A stretch of DNA of 64,000 nucleotides from Rhodosorus marinus CCMP1338 (GCA_029953675.1 JAMWBK010000001.1:2356001-2420000), one strand, 5' to 3'. Positions 11,166 through 21,565 are shown, counted from the first letter of the stretch. Notes: generated by a model from the letters alone, not told the origin. Translations and numbers: made by a program.

Positions 11166-12376
11166 GGACTTTACTAGCATAGCCTGAAGCGCTACGCAAG
11201 GCGTGAAGATGAACTAATAACTAGGGAGGGAAGCATGCAACCCCAGGCGCCGATGGCGCGCCTCGGAAAGCATGTCGCTGGAATATCGCCAAAGGGAGAC
11301 ACTTAAACGCCTCAAGAGCGCCAAATAGTCAGTAGGACGCTCAGCAAACATTTCCGCAACCACTCTAAACCCGACTTATCCACGTGACCAAAGCTTTCCA
11401 CAATGAATGGCTGGAACCGGTGAGAGCGACCCTCAGCGCAAGGCAGACTGGCCATGCTCTCAGCATACCGTCGTTCCTTAACTCTTCGAAGGGCTGAAGC
11501 CGCGGCGCCCCGGCGGCGGGCGGCTGCGGTGAGGTGGGCGCTGGCCACGGGGCAGGTAATCGCAAGGTCCACATATGTTGAGCGTCTGGCAGCAGCGTCG
11601 GAGACGAGGAGATCGGCTATACAACGGGGCGGTGCAGAGTCCGAGATTGATTTGGGCAGTTCCGACTCAACCTCAACCGTATGCCCTATCCGAGTCAATA
11701 ACTCGCTGAGGATGTACTTGAGGCGAGTGTGACGCCTCGTACGGAGACCTCTCAACAGTCCGCAGGAACCCAGGAAGTGGTAGCCACGAGCGTCAATCCG
11801 GCTCTCACATCCCTGACAGAAAGACGGCCGATTAGAGTGCCACGGAGCCTGTGGGAAACCGAGATAGATCCGTGCGGAACGGAACTGGAAAGCATCGAGA
11901 CGATGACTCAATGACGACGGTAGAGTGGTTAACCACAAGTGCGAGAGGTGGCCTCCCATGCCGCGGAGACGAGCGGCAGTGGTAGGCGGCGTGAGAGGAG
12001 AATTGAGCATGACTGTGTGAGGGGCACTGTGTTGGCCCCAGGTGATGCTATGTTGAATCACATCAGTGCGGGAGCTCCACAATCGGCTCAAACCCGGGTA
12101 GTCTGCAACAGGTTACCCGGGGCTAGCCTCTCCGTCATCGGCAAGAACGCGGTCGAGGGGAGAATTCTCAATCGCTTTAGCTCGTCCCCATAACAGCTCC
12201 CTCCAGGAACGAAAGCGGGACCTATTTGAGTCCGGCACGGCGTTGCACCTCCTGAACGCGTGTTGAAGACCATCATAAATTGTCAAAAGCGGGGGCGGCA
12301 GGGTCACTGGATCCTCGTTGGTCAAAGCTCGAGCCAAGAGGCAGGCACTTCGCATCTGGAAGGTCACCAACGTTCG
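11166..12376 (-). mobile_element. Family B 5'-truncated copy (~1.2 kb) inserted in the tail of a tiny older copy
   Basis: Near-identical to 42787-44002; 7-bp TSD AGTAAAG (plus strand CTTTACT 11159-11165 and 12377-12383); the host 3' end lies at 12377-12415. Confidence 0.95.
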
Positions 12377-12619
12377 CTTTACTAGCATATCCTGAAGCGC
12401 TACGCAAGGCGTAATTATTGCTCGAGTGATAATGTATTGCTACAGTGACCTTCGAAGAATGAAGAGGAACTGTTCCTTCATCTGGAACAGAGACTCCTTT
12501 CTTTGCAGATACGGTCCCCTTGACCCCTTGCACGAGCTTCTTTAGCAAAATCATCTCCATTTCCGAGGAGCAATATCCTTACGAAAATCAACAGTTGCTT
12601 GCAAGGAAAGAAGAAGAAG

Positions 12620-12742
12620 AGTTTCTAGCAACATTATGCGCAGAGGCGCGCCGCCGTTGCCTGGGCTTACATGCTCTTCTCCTTAGCCCCTAGTTCCCTT
12701 TTACGTCTTGCGTAGCGCATCAGGCTATGTTAGTAAAACCAC
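12620..12742 (+). mobile_element. Old B-like 3' fragment (tail AGTAAAACC)
   Basis: AEARRRCLGLHA plus 3'UTR stem variant gtcttgcgtagcgcatcaggc. Confidence 0.8.
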
Positions 12743-12870
12743 TTTGGCGATATTCCAGCGACATGCTTTCCGAGGCGCGCCATCGGCGCCTGGGGTTGCA
12801 TACTTCCCTCCCTAGTTATTAGTTCATCTTCACGCCTTGCGTAGCGCTTCAGGCTATGCTAGTAAAGTCC
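12743..12870 (+). mobile_element. Family B 128-bp 3' fragment inserted in the preceding tail
   Basis: 11-bp TSD AGTAAAACCAC at 12732-12742 and 12871-12881. Confidence 0.95.
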
Positions 12871-13249
12871 AGTAAAACCACCATCACCACCACCAGCTAT
12901 TGATATGCCACATTGAAGACATACCAATACTGAATGAATGTTCACGTCAATAACGGTGATCTTGATTTGAGAGTACACCCCGCCATCTTCATTTCTTCCT
13001 CATCGACACGCCAGTGGCATTTGCCATGTAGCATTGTCGTATCTGTTCCCCAGGAACTGTCACGGAGTGGCTGCTCTGGTTGAGCGGGAAATTCGTGAGA
13101 GTTGTTAGAAGAAGATATTCCGGGGGCGATGATGTTTATTCGGCGCATGCCTGGTAATTGCGCTCGTCTGGGGATACGAAAAGAACTAGCAGGCGTCAGG
13201 TTGTATAGAAAATGCGTGACATTGTATCTAGATAGATGATTGTGTCTGC

Positions 13250-13372
13250 TTACCCGTTAAACTTTCTTGCTGTGGCGTATGAACGCCGGTTTGATGGTGG
13301 AGTCGCGCGATCTTCGCGGCTCATAGGCTTTTTTTTTACCTCGGGGGTTTTTCTTTCAGTCTCCTATTAATC
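13250..13372 (+). mobile_element. Degenerate family-A-like 3' fragment
   Basis: ttacccgttaaactttcttgctgtggcgtatgaacgcc...cctcgggggttttctttcagtctcctattaa. Confidence 0.75.
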
Positions 13373-13634
13373 ACAAGAAAAGCTCAGAAACCACTGTCCA
13401 GTGTTCTTTCAAGAAAGCCTTCCAAGCCGTGAAGCAGAGCTCGATCCTTCTTACAAAAAGATGAAAGTTTCTGTTCTATAGAGCATTGAGAGCTGAGTAG
13501 GGACAAAGTACAAGAAGTTCCTGCGCTTTTGAAAACCCCTGAATATCTTATCTGCATCTGAACAAGCTTTTGGAGTGTTATGGATAAGGTCTATACGTAA
13601 TGGATAATTCTAGGGTCAGTCGACCTCTGGTGAC

Positions 13635-13719
13635 GAACGAATGGTTTAATCGGAGGCTGAAAAAAAAAACCCCGAGGGGAAAAAAGACTAAGCGCGGCGA
13701 AGTACTCGCGCCTCCAACA
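13635..13719 (-). mobile_element. Family A 85-bp 3' fragment
   Basis: TSD TCTGGTGAC at 13626-13634 and 13720-13728. Confidence 0.92.
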
Positions 13720-14272
13720 TCTGGTGACAGTGTAAAAAAGGTGCTAAGAAGTATAAAAGTCCCAAGAGGGTACCGCATAAAATTGGAGTCCCCCCGATGA
13801 AGACATTATTGGCAGACACTGAGGGCACTGCCAAGAAGAAACGAGAGCCGGACACAGCCGTACTATCAATGACCAGAAAAGACGTTGCAGGTGGGCTGGA
13901 GAATCGAAAATCACTGGACAAAAGATCGAAACGATATTGGCAGAAGCTGCGGGCACCGTCTCCCAAAGAAGTAACAAAATAGCCGGACATACCGGTGCTG
14001 TCAACTACCTGAAAGGACGTTGCGGGCCCTTTTTCCGCGTTCTGTCTCTAATGCAGATCTGAGACAGCTACACCTTCCGGTGGAGCTCCCACGGGCTACG
14101 TCAACTGCGGTCGCGCCTGCTCGATGTATGTGGTTTGTCGTTTACCGGAGTAGACTATTTAAGCGCTCCAACTCTGTCTTAGGCTTACGGAGTAGGCGTG
14201 TGGGGGGACTTGGGGTTCGAAAGTCCGGGTTTCGATTGAAAATGAAGAGGAGGTGGAAGAGACTTAGGGACT

Positions 14273-14611
14273 ATGAAGACCTGGTTGGTTGTTTTTCTTT
14301 TGTATGCGCATGTCGCTCATGTCGCAGCGAGCGTATTGGTACACACGGGTAAAGGATCCGACAGCAAGACCGGCCGGGGAATTGTGCAGAGAGCACGGAA
14401 GACCGGCGTGTGCCCCATTTTTCGCCTTTTTAAGGAAGCTGGGAGACTATTGACGGACTGTATACTGCGGGAGAACTGAAGCTGGGAGACTATTGACGGA
14501 CTGTATAATGCGGGAGAACTGAAGCTGTGAGACTATTGACGGACTGTATACTGCGGGAGAACTGAACACGAAGACCGTCCTCGTGGATGGAAACCGATGC
14601 CTCAGTGTCAG
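14273..14611 (+). pseudogene. 5' part of a secreted Cys-rich/RTX-repeat gene (exon 1 14273-14348, intron 14349-14434, exon 2 from 14435)
   Basis: Signal peptide MKTWLVVFLLYAHVAHVAA. A GTAAAG...TTTAAG intron joins in frame (G+GA, then SWETIDGLYTAGEL). The frame VDGNRCLSV continues across the family A TSD into RVTARSPFQIVDG at 19349. TATTTAA lies ~115 bp upstream. Confidence 0.7.
14435..14563 (+). repeat. 3 x 43 bp tandem repeat
   Basis: gaagctg(g/t)gagactattgacggactgtata(c/a)tgcgggagaact at 14435, 14478 and 14521. Confidence 0.97.
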
Positions 14612-14856
14612 TTTTCGGTTTCGTGAGGGTGTATGGTGCTGGCTTTTGGTGGTTTTGAGCCGCAATTGTGTTCTTCGGTGGGAGGCGCTTCTTTCTGCAG
14701 CCTTTCCCCCGCATCTTCTAGTGGTGTGGTGCGTGCTGGGGGTTGCTAGCGCCCCTTGGAGGTCGTGGTGGTTTTTCTTTGGTTGCAAACGTTGGGAACA
14801 AGTTCTCTTTTTGGGGGTTTCGTGGGGGAATCGGTTTTTCACACCTTCCAATCGTT

Positions 14857-16068
14857 ATGGTTGGGGTTTCCCCACCCATTCCGGCGGACGGAGCCGTTCT
14901 CTCAGCGCGTGTGGAGCTCAGCGTGGGCGGGTTTAGTACCGCGGCCACCCTCACGGACTGCGCTGACGAGTTGGCCCATGGGATCTGCTCGAAACTGACG
15001 AGTCTTCTTGTGACTGCTTCCCAGGAACACCGCCTGCCCCTGCTGATCGCCTATTTGGAGCGCTTCTCCGCCTCCGCGCCTGCCCCATACCCCCCGGTGC
15101 CCGTCCCCGCGGATCCGCACGGTACAGCGGGGCCTGCCTCCACCCGACCCGAGCGCTCCGCTCCGGTCATTCCTGATTCCGACTGGCCTACCCCTATTCA
15201 AGGACAGACGCCTCCTGGGCCCGCGTCGGGCCCGAATCCTGCTCCCTCCAGTGCCCCACGTGCGACCTATTCGCAGGTCCTGCGCAGGGGCTCTTCTGAA
15301 CAACGCACGACGGCAATGGTGCGTATGATGCCACAACACATCCCTATTGACTCTTCTCGCCAACTATCTCCGTTCCACTTTGTTTGGATGACGAACGTGC
15401 GTCCCCAGACCCCCTCTCGTGGTCGGGGCCGCGCGCCCGTCCACTACCGCGATTTTCGCGACACCATGGCTTCCTCCCTTGGGGTCGCCCCATCTGAATT
15501 CCTATATGTGGACTTCACGGGCCCTCATGCCTGTTTTCTTGTTACTGACTCGGCTTACCAGTTCCTTCAATCGCTTGTAACCACCCCCGCGCCCCAGCGC
15601 TCTGCTCTGGCCAACATGATACTGACTCGTCCTCATGTCTCTTTGTTTGTCGAGTTCGATCGTTTTGACGCCGGCTGGGTTCCTCCGTCGGCCTTGCAAA
15701 ACCTGGATGCCTCGCAGGCTTCGGTTGTCGCGCTACACACTCATGCGGCGCGGCTCTCGCGCATACAGGCCAGCCTCTTCGCGCGTTTTCCTCCTCGCGG
15801 GGTCCTCCGCACCGCGCTAGAGGCCTTCCTCTCCACTGAGGCCACCCTGCTGGAAGCCCACCCTGCGTTTGACTTTCTGCCGCCGACTCTTGAGCACCCT
15901 TCCTCCCCTCGCCCTGTCTCCGAGGCTCGTGACACCGACATGGCAGGAGCACCATCGGCCTCTCCGAATCCGCTGGCTCTGGACACCCTCAGTCAAGACT
16001 CCGCTGCTGAAAACCCTGTGTCTACTTTCTTCAGGTCTTTTAGTTCCTTCGTGCGCCCCCCCACGTAA
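14857..16068 (+). CDS. Family A ORF1 (403 aa as sequenced; about 432 aa ending at 16156 if the C7 run at 16056-16062 has one extra C)
   Basis: N-terminus MVGVSPP matches B MVGISPH and D MAGVPPR; shared core SYxxVLRxG...F(V/L)WxxNVRPQT...RDFRDT(M/F)AxSLG. Confidence 0.8.
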   Translation: MVGVSPPIPADGAVLSARVELSVGGFSTAATLTDCADELAHGICSKLTSLLVTASQEHRLPLLIAYLERFSASAPAPYPPVPVPADPHGTAGPASTRPERSAPVIPDSDWPTPIQGQTPPGPASGPNPAPSSAPRATYSQVLRRGSSEQRTTAMVRMMPQHIPIDSSRQLSPFHFVWMTNVRPQTPSRGRGRAPVHYRDFRDTMASSLGVAPSEFLYVDFTGPHACFLVTDSAYQFLQSLVTTPAPQRSALANMILTRPHVSLFVEFDRFDAGWVPPSALQNLDASQASVVALHTHAARLSRIQASLFARFPPRGVLRTALEAFLSTEATLLEAHPAFDFLPPTLEHPSSPRPVSEARDTDMAGAPSASPNPLALDTLSQDSAAENPVSTFFRSFSSFVRPPT

Positions 16069-16148
16069 GCGTCGTGCGGCTCCTGAGCCTCCCTCCGAGG
16101 CACCTCCTCCGGATATTCGATCTCCCTTCCCGACTGAGGGGAGGCCCG

Positions 16149-19100
16149 ATGTCTGAGTCTTCCTCCTCCGCGTGCGTGTCGTCCCGGTTACCCCTGTTTA
16201 CCAGTGACCGCTCAGCCTGGCATGAGCGTGTTCTCTCGTGGTTTTCGCACCTTGTCGCCTCCTACCCGGACGGTTCCCTTCCCCTTTGTCGTCAGAGCAC
16301 GGCCGTACGGCTCCCTCGTCGACTTCATAAGCCCCTAGGATTGGTGTTGGATTTTCTCTGGCAGCAGGTCGCCGCGAACCCTCACTGCTCTCTTCGCTGG
16401 GAACTCTTGTTCTTTTTTCCCCGCCTCGTGCTCACCTCCTCTACCGTCCCCCTCAACCCACATCCTCGCCGGGTCCACCCTCGCCGAAAACTGCAAATGT
16501 TCCTTTCCGGCGACTTTGAGGACCTCGAACGTCTTTATTTCGCTTCTCTCTCTTCCTTTTCTCCTAGTGCTCCCTCAGCTTTTAGGTCTTCTCGACAGAA
16601 TCGGGCGCGTCACGCGGTGGCAGGCGGTGATCTGCGGCGGGCAGCCGGGATCCTCCAGCAGCGGCAACCTGTGGTTCCATACTCCGATGATCTTTCTTCA
16701 CCGCTCCGTTTGCTCTTTCCCTAGGAAGGCTCCCCTTGGGACTCCTCGTTTGAATCAGTGTTGGAAGAGTACCGCGCCGCGCCACATCCCAGTGCGCGGT
16801 TAGTGGTAAATCTGGAGGCGGTGCGTGAGTTGGTTCATGATGCTCCGAAGGGCCGTTCCCCAGGGCCCTCGGGGCTGCGGGTGGAATATCTCCGTTTCTT
16901 AAGTGATGTAGGTTTGAAGGCGTTGGCGTGGGTGGTCGAAGCGCTTGTGAATGGTGATCCCCTGTGAGTGTGCGTGGTTCTTGGTCGGGCGTTCGCAGTT
17001 GTGTCTGCTTTCGAAGCCCGGCCACACGGCCTCGAGCCCTGCTATTCGCCCTATGGGCCTGGTTGAGGTGGTCCGCAAATTGGCGGCGCGATGGTTAGTG
17101 AAAATCCTGGTTCCCGAATCCCGCCGTTTCTTTGGGCACGTGCAGTTAGGCGTGGGCTATCGTGGTGGCTGTGAGTTGTTGTCTGTTTTACTCCGTTCGG
17201 AAATGGCGTACTCCCCAGATTCTGGGCTCCTCTCTGTCGATTTTACCAATGCGTTCAACCGCGTCTCTCGTCCGGCTCTCATGCACGTGGTGCGCGAAGT
17301 CTTCCCTGTAGGCTTTCCCTTTGTTAGTAGACTTTATTCTCCGCTTGGTCGTGGGGCTACCTATGACACCCTTGGCGCTTCCTCACACACGTTTGCGGCG
17401 CGCACAGGCGTACAACAGGGTGATCCCTTGTCCCCTTTCCTACATGCCTGTGGACTACAACTCGTCTTGCTTTGTCTTCGCTCCGAATTCCCGCAGGTTC
17501 GTACGGTTGCATACCACGACGACGTGTGCCTCCTGGGGCCCCCTGATACTCTAGCACTCGCTTATGATCGTCTCCGCTCCTTGGCTTCGCGGGTTGACCT
17601 GGAGGTTAATCATCACAAATCGTTCTACTGGGGAGGTGTAGCTGCACAAGAGCAGCAGGTACCTGCGTCGTTCCAGGATATTTGGAGACCGGATGGTTTT
17701 GTCCACTTAGGCATCCCCTACGGGTCGCCGTCCTTCGTTGAAGGCGAGTTGCTGCAGCTCCTCGGTAAGCACAGACAGCTGGTTGCAGAGCTTCGACGGC
17801 TACCTCCGGGCTTTCTCCAGTGCTCGTTGTTGCTGTTTCGGTATTGTTGCAGTCAGCGGTTAACCTATTGGCTTCGCTCACTTCCAACTCATTGGGGCCG
17901 GTGGTTGGCCACTCGTGCGGATGCTGAAAGTTTCCGTGACCTGGGGTATTTTCTCGATGAAGAGCTGAGCGTTCTGCCGCGACCCACCTGTGATGTTGTG
18001 CGCGCCCAGGTAGGCCTCCCATTGCGATTGGGGGGACTGGGCCTCTGCAATCGTGTTGTGGTCCAACCTGCAGCCGCAGTAGGGGCCTGGGGAACCGCAC
18101 TTCCCACTTTGAGCAGCTTGGGTATCTCGAAGTTCCGCAATTTGATGGCGAGCCTCTCGCGGGGTGTCTTGCTTCCCAGCGTACCGGAAAGCGCCCAAGA
18201 CTTGTTTCTGGAGCTCCAAACCCCCTGAATTCCTGTACTAGTCTCCCGAAACCGTTCAACCCCGTATTCCTGACTGGCGAGCTGTATTTGACCGCTCTCG
18301 AGGCTCCGCCCCGGGGATTCGTCCTGCGCCTGAACCTGTTCTAGGGGAGATTGACCCAGTGGTTGCCGCAGAAGAAGAAGTTCCAGTTGATCCTCCTGAT
18401 GATTCCCAGCGCGCTGGGAGCCGAGCTCAAGCACGCACGGATGCGCTGCAAAATATCCTTTCTTGGGACTTGCACCGTGCTGCATATGGCCGACTCCTCG
18501 CGCAGATGGTCTCATCTTCTCGCGCTCGCGCCCGCCTACGTAGTCTTGGAGGGGTTATTAGCTCTCAGTGGCTCATGACCGTACCAGCCTTTCCGCCACT
18601 CACACTGTCGGATTTCGAAGTGCGTACTTCACTGCGCTTATACCTCGGCTTACATCAGCCCCCTTGGCCGTACGAGATGGGTTCGTCGTGCCCTCTCTGC
18701 TCTCAGACTGAAGACAACGCAGATTTTGGCGCCCACCTGCTCGCTAGTTGCCCGGCGGTGAAAGGTGCTCGAACCCGCCGCCATACACGGATCTTGAACC
18801 TGTTATACCGGGAACTTCGGCCTATAGTCCGGCAAGCCGGTCTGGAAATCGAACGTGAGAAACCTTTACCCGTCGCGGACTTTCAAAATGATGAACGCCG
18901 TGTAGCCGACCTGGTGATCACCTGTGACGACAGCCGCCGTACCACATACGTTGATCTTGCTGTTCCTAACCCTCAAGCTAGTCGTTATCTCCCGGCTGCG
19001 GGGGAGCGCCGTGGATCTGCCGCCGCCAGCATGAGACGCCGCAAAGAGATCAAATACGCGGGGGCTTTGTCTTCCCCTGGTGTTCGTGCTTCGGCACTAG

Positions 19101-19288
19101 CACATCGCTTGGTACCCCTGATCATTGAGTGCTTTGGGTTCATGGACTCTGTTGGTTCTCGCTGGCTTCGGGAGTTGTTCCGCGAACGCCCTGACCGTCT
19201 TCAATCGTTGTTTACCCGCTTAAGTTTCCTGCTGTGGCGCATGAATGCCGCTTTGATGTTGGAGGCGCGAGTACTTCGCCGCGCTTAG
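16149..19288 (+). pseudogene. Family A ORF2: reverse transcriptase + CCHC + restriction-like endonuclease (disrupted)
   Basis: GRSPGPSG, IRPMG, VDFTNAFN, GVQQGDPLSP, AYHDDV, LPLRLGGLG, CPLC..H....C, RTRRH, RVADL..YVDLA..KEIKY; in-frame TAG at 16722-16724 and frameshifts near 16960 and 18220-18245. Confidence 0.92.
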
Positions 19289-19348
19289 TCTTTTTTTCCC
19301 CTCGGGTTTTTTTTTCAGCCTCCGATTAAACCATTCATTCAGTGTCAG

Positions 19349-20775
19349 GGTTACAGCCCGTAGTCCTTTCCAGATCGTGGACGGAGAAGTCAGGTTCGGT
19401 TTCTATCGGGATTGTGCTGACCTGCCTTTTGGAAACGCAAAGTTTATCACAGTGGTGACGGGCAGAGGGACTGCGGAAGCTCTTTTCTGTGCGGATGAGG
19501 TCGTCCAGTAGCGACAATTGCTGCGATAAGGATCTGTGTCTTGTCGTGAAAGCGTCAATTGAGTACAATACTCGCAATCGCGTATTCTCTTTCCAGAGGA
19601 TGAATCAGGAGACCGGGTTCGCTCAATCCAAGTTTCACAGTAAAACCCAAGTGCCGGGGTAGCAAACAACTCAAGTGCCCGATAACTTTCAAATGTCTTC
19701 GCAAGATCGATGGGACTAGTGGGGACTACGAGTTCATAGGGACAAATGCTGATGAACTCATTTACACGGGGGCCGGTGAAGACATTGTTCACGCCTGAGG
19801 TGGGTACGATGTCATATACGGTGGGGAAGGTGAAGACGAGCTAAGGGGAGGAAATGGTCCGGATTTTCTCTCTGGGGGATCAGGCGATGACCTGCTCATC
19901 GGGGTAAGGGTAGTGATGGAATGGAAGGCAACGAGGGAAACGAACGTGCTTCGTGGAAGTAGCGGGAACGACACAATGAACGGGAACGAAGGAAACGACA
20001 ATATATCGGGTTGAGACGGAAATGACAGAATCAACGCAGGCATGGGCAACGATGTTACTAATGCTGGTCTAGGTAACGACACGATTGTAGACAACAACAT
20101 TGCCACAACCCCATGGGAACATTATCCGGGTTTCTACCGCTTTCTCCTGCAGGGCAACTCAACCATCGATGAGGGAGAGGGCAATCGAAGCGTTCGCGAG
20201 GGACATAAACGTTAAGGGTGGTGATGGGGATAACTCTTTCAGTGGACGAGGAAACGATTATACCACTCCATGTCCAGTTATTTTTACAATTTTGCTGACG
20301 GTAGCATTCATATGGGAGATGGGGCCCCCCTCACTGGGGGCCTGAGACTGGTCGTAGGTGAAGGAGACGACTACTACCACGCTTACGACATTTCAACATT
20401 TCATTGGGTAGTGCGTACATGGGGAATGGCAACGATGAAGCTGTTTTCACGGATGTTCCGAGTTTTTCCTGCGGTAAAACCAAAATTAGGCGCTTGCATC
20501 TCGGAACGCTTGCATCTCGGAAATGGAGATGATCATGCTAAAGTACAGCAACTTTGGGTACGCGGGGCCACTGGCGAGATATCAGCTGGAACAGGGGATG
20601 ACACACTTGAACCTGATCTTCATGGGGAACGTCGACGGTGGTCCTGGCGATTTTACATTCCCCCCGATAACCCAGCCAGCCAAAAGGAGGGTTTGAGGTC
20701 AAATTTCCTACGAACCTTCTTGGAGGACCAGGCGATGATTACCTCTACTTTGCTTTCCAGTGAGATGAACGGTTT
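19349..20775 (+). pseudogene. 3' part of the Cys-rich/RTX-repeat gene
   Basis: FCADEV...NCCDKDLCLVV, then GGEGEDELRGGNGPDFLSGGSGDDLLIG, GNEGND, GMGNDV, GLGNDT; several stops and frameshifts. Confidence 0.8.
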
Positions 20776-21074
20776 GACTTCGTCGATCTTGGTCCGGGAA
20801 ACGACGTGGGAAAAGGTTAAAGGTGAAAATTCACTCTAGTGTTGCATATTGCCAGATCCCTGTTTTGGCTGCCGCAGTTGTCCGCACCGGGCGGAGGTAG
20901 CTTCTCCCACCTTTTTTTTCGGACTCAGGGGGAGCGGGGGGGGAGGGGAGGGAAGGAATCCGGCTGAAGGTCCTCCGCTTGCCGCACCCCGGTGGGAAGG
21001 TAGCTGCCCCCACCTTTTTTTTTTGTCAGACTCGACCAACACTTTCATTCGTTGGGGATCGTATCAATCAAATA

Positions 21075-21120
21075 GCGCTTTAGGCTATGCTAATAAAGCC
21101 AAGTCCAGTCCAATAAAGCC
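21075..21120 (+). mobile_element. 46-nt B-type tail-only insertion
   Basis: gcgctttaggctatgctaataaagccaagtccagtccaataaagcc flanked by AATCAAATA at 21066-21074 and 21121-21129. Confidence 0.85.
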
Positions 21121-21239
21121 AATCAAATATCCATAAATTTACGCATTTATAGAATATTCTATTAACGATAAGAGTTCTCGCACAGTTTCTGAAGGCTGAT
21201 TAGAATTATCAGCTGGCGTTAAAAATAGAACTCAAAAAA

Positions 21240-21565
21240 ATAGAACTCTTTGTTGGTGGTCGCCTGCTGAATGAATTTGTTTAATCCGATTAAACAACTT
21301 CATTCAGCGAACGAACGAATTCAGCAAGGCGACCACCAACCGAACGAATGGTTTACCAACCAGAGTTCTATTTTTCTATTTTTCTATTTTTCTTAATCCG
21401 ATTAAACAAATTCATTCAGTAGGCGACCACCAAACAGAGTTCTACGCGGCGAAGATCGCCCGCCTCCAACATCAAGTTAATGAAAATGAACGAATTTGCT
21501 AGAGTTGGTGGTCGCCGGGTGAATGAACTTGTTTAATCGGAGTAAACAAATTCATTCAGCAACGC
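21240..21565. repeat. Cluster of A-subfamily tail modules in both orientations (inverted repeats)
   Basis: Module gattaaacaa(a/c)ttcattcagYaggcgaccaccaa at ~21243-21287 (-), 21288-21308 (+, partial), 21399-21443 (+) and 21502-21541 (-); an A ORF-end fragment at 21444-21474 (-). Confidence 0.8.

Larger units (their letters stand above)
14612..19338 (+). mobile_element. Full-length family A non-LTR retrotransposon (CRE/R2-superfamily, ORF1 + RT-CCHC-RLE)
   Basis: TSD TCAGTGTCAG at 14602-14611 and 19339-19348; RT and RLE motifs; 3'UTR U-tract/CCCCTCGGGG/U-tract and a TTCA tail. Confidence 0.95.

Noticed and set aside
14435-14563. 5'UTR tandem repeat belonging to element A
   Set aside because: It lies outside the TSD (14602-14611) and within the host gene's exon 2.
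14580-14611. Conserved host-gene target (28S rDNA, SL-RNA, snRNA) as for R2, SLACS or Utopia
   Set aside because: Flanks of different insertions are unrelated and no rRNA or snRNA-like sequence is recognisable.
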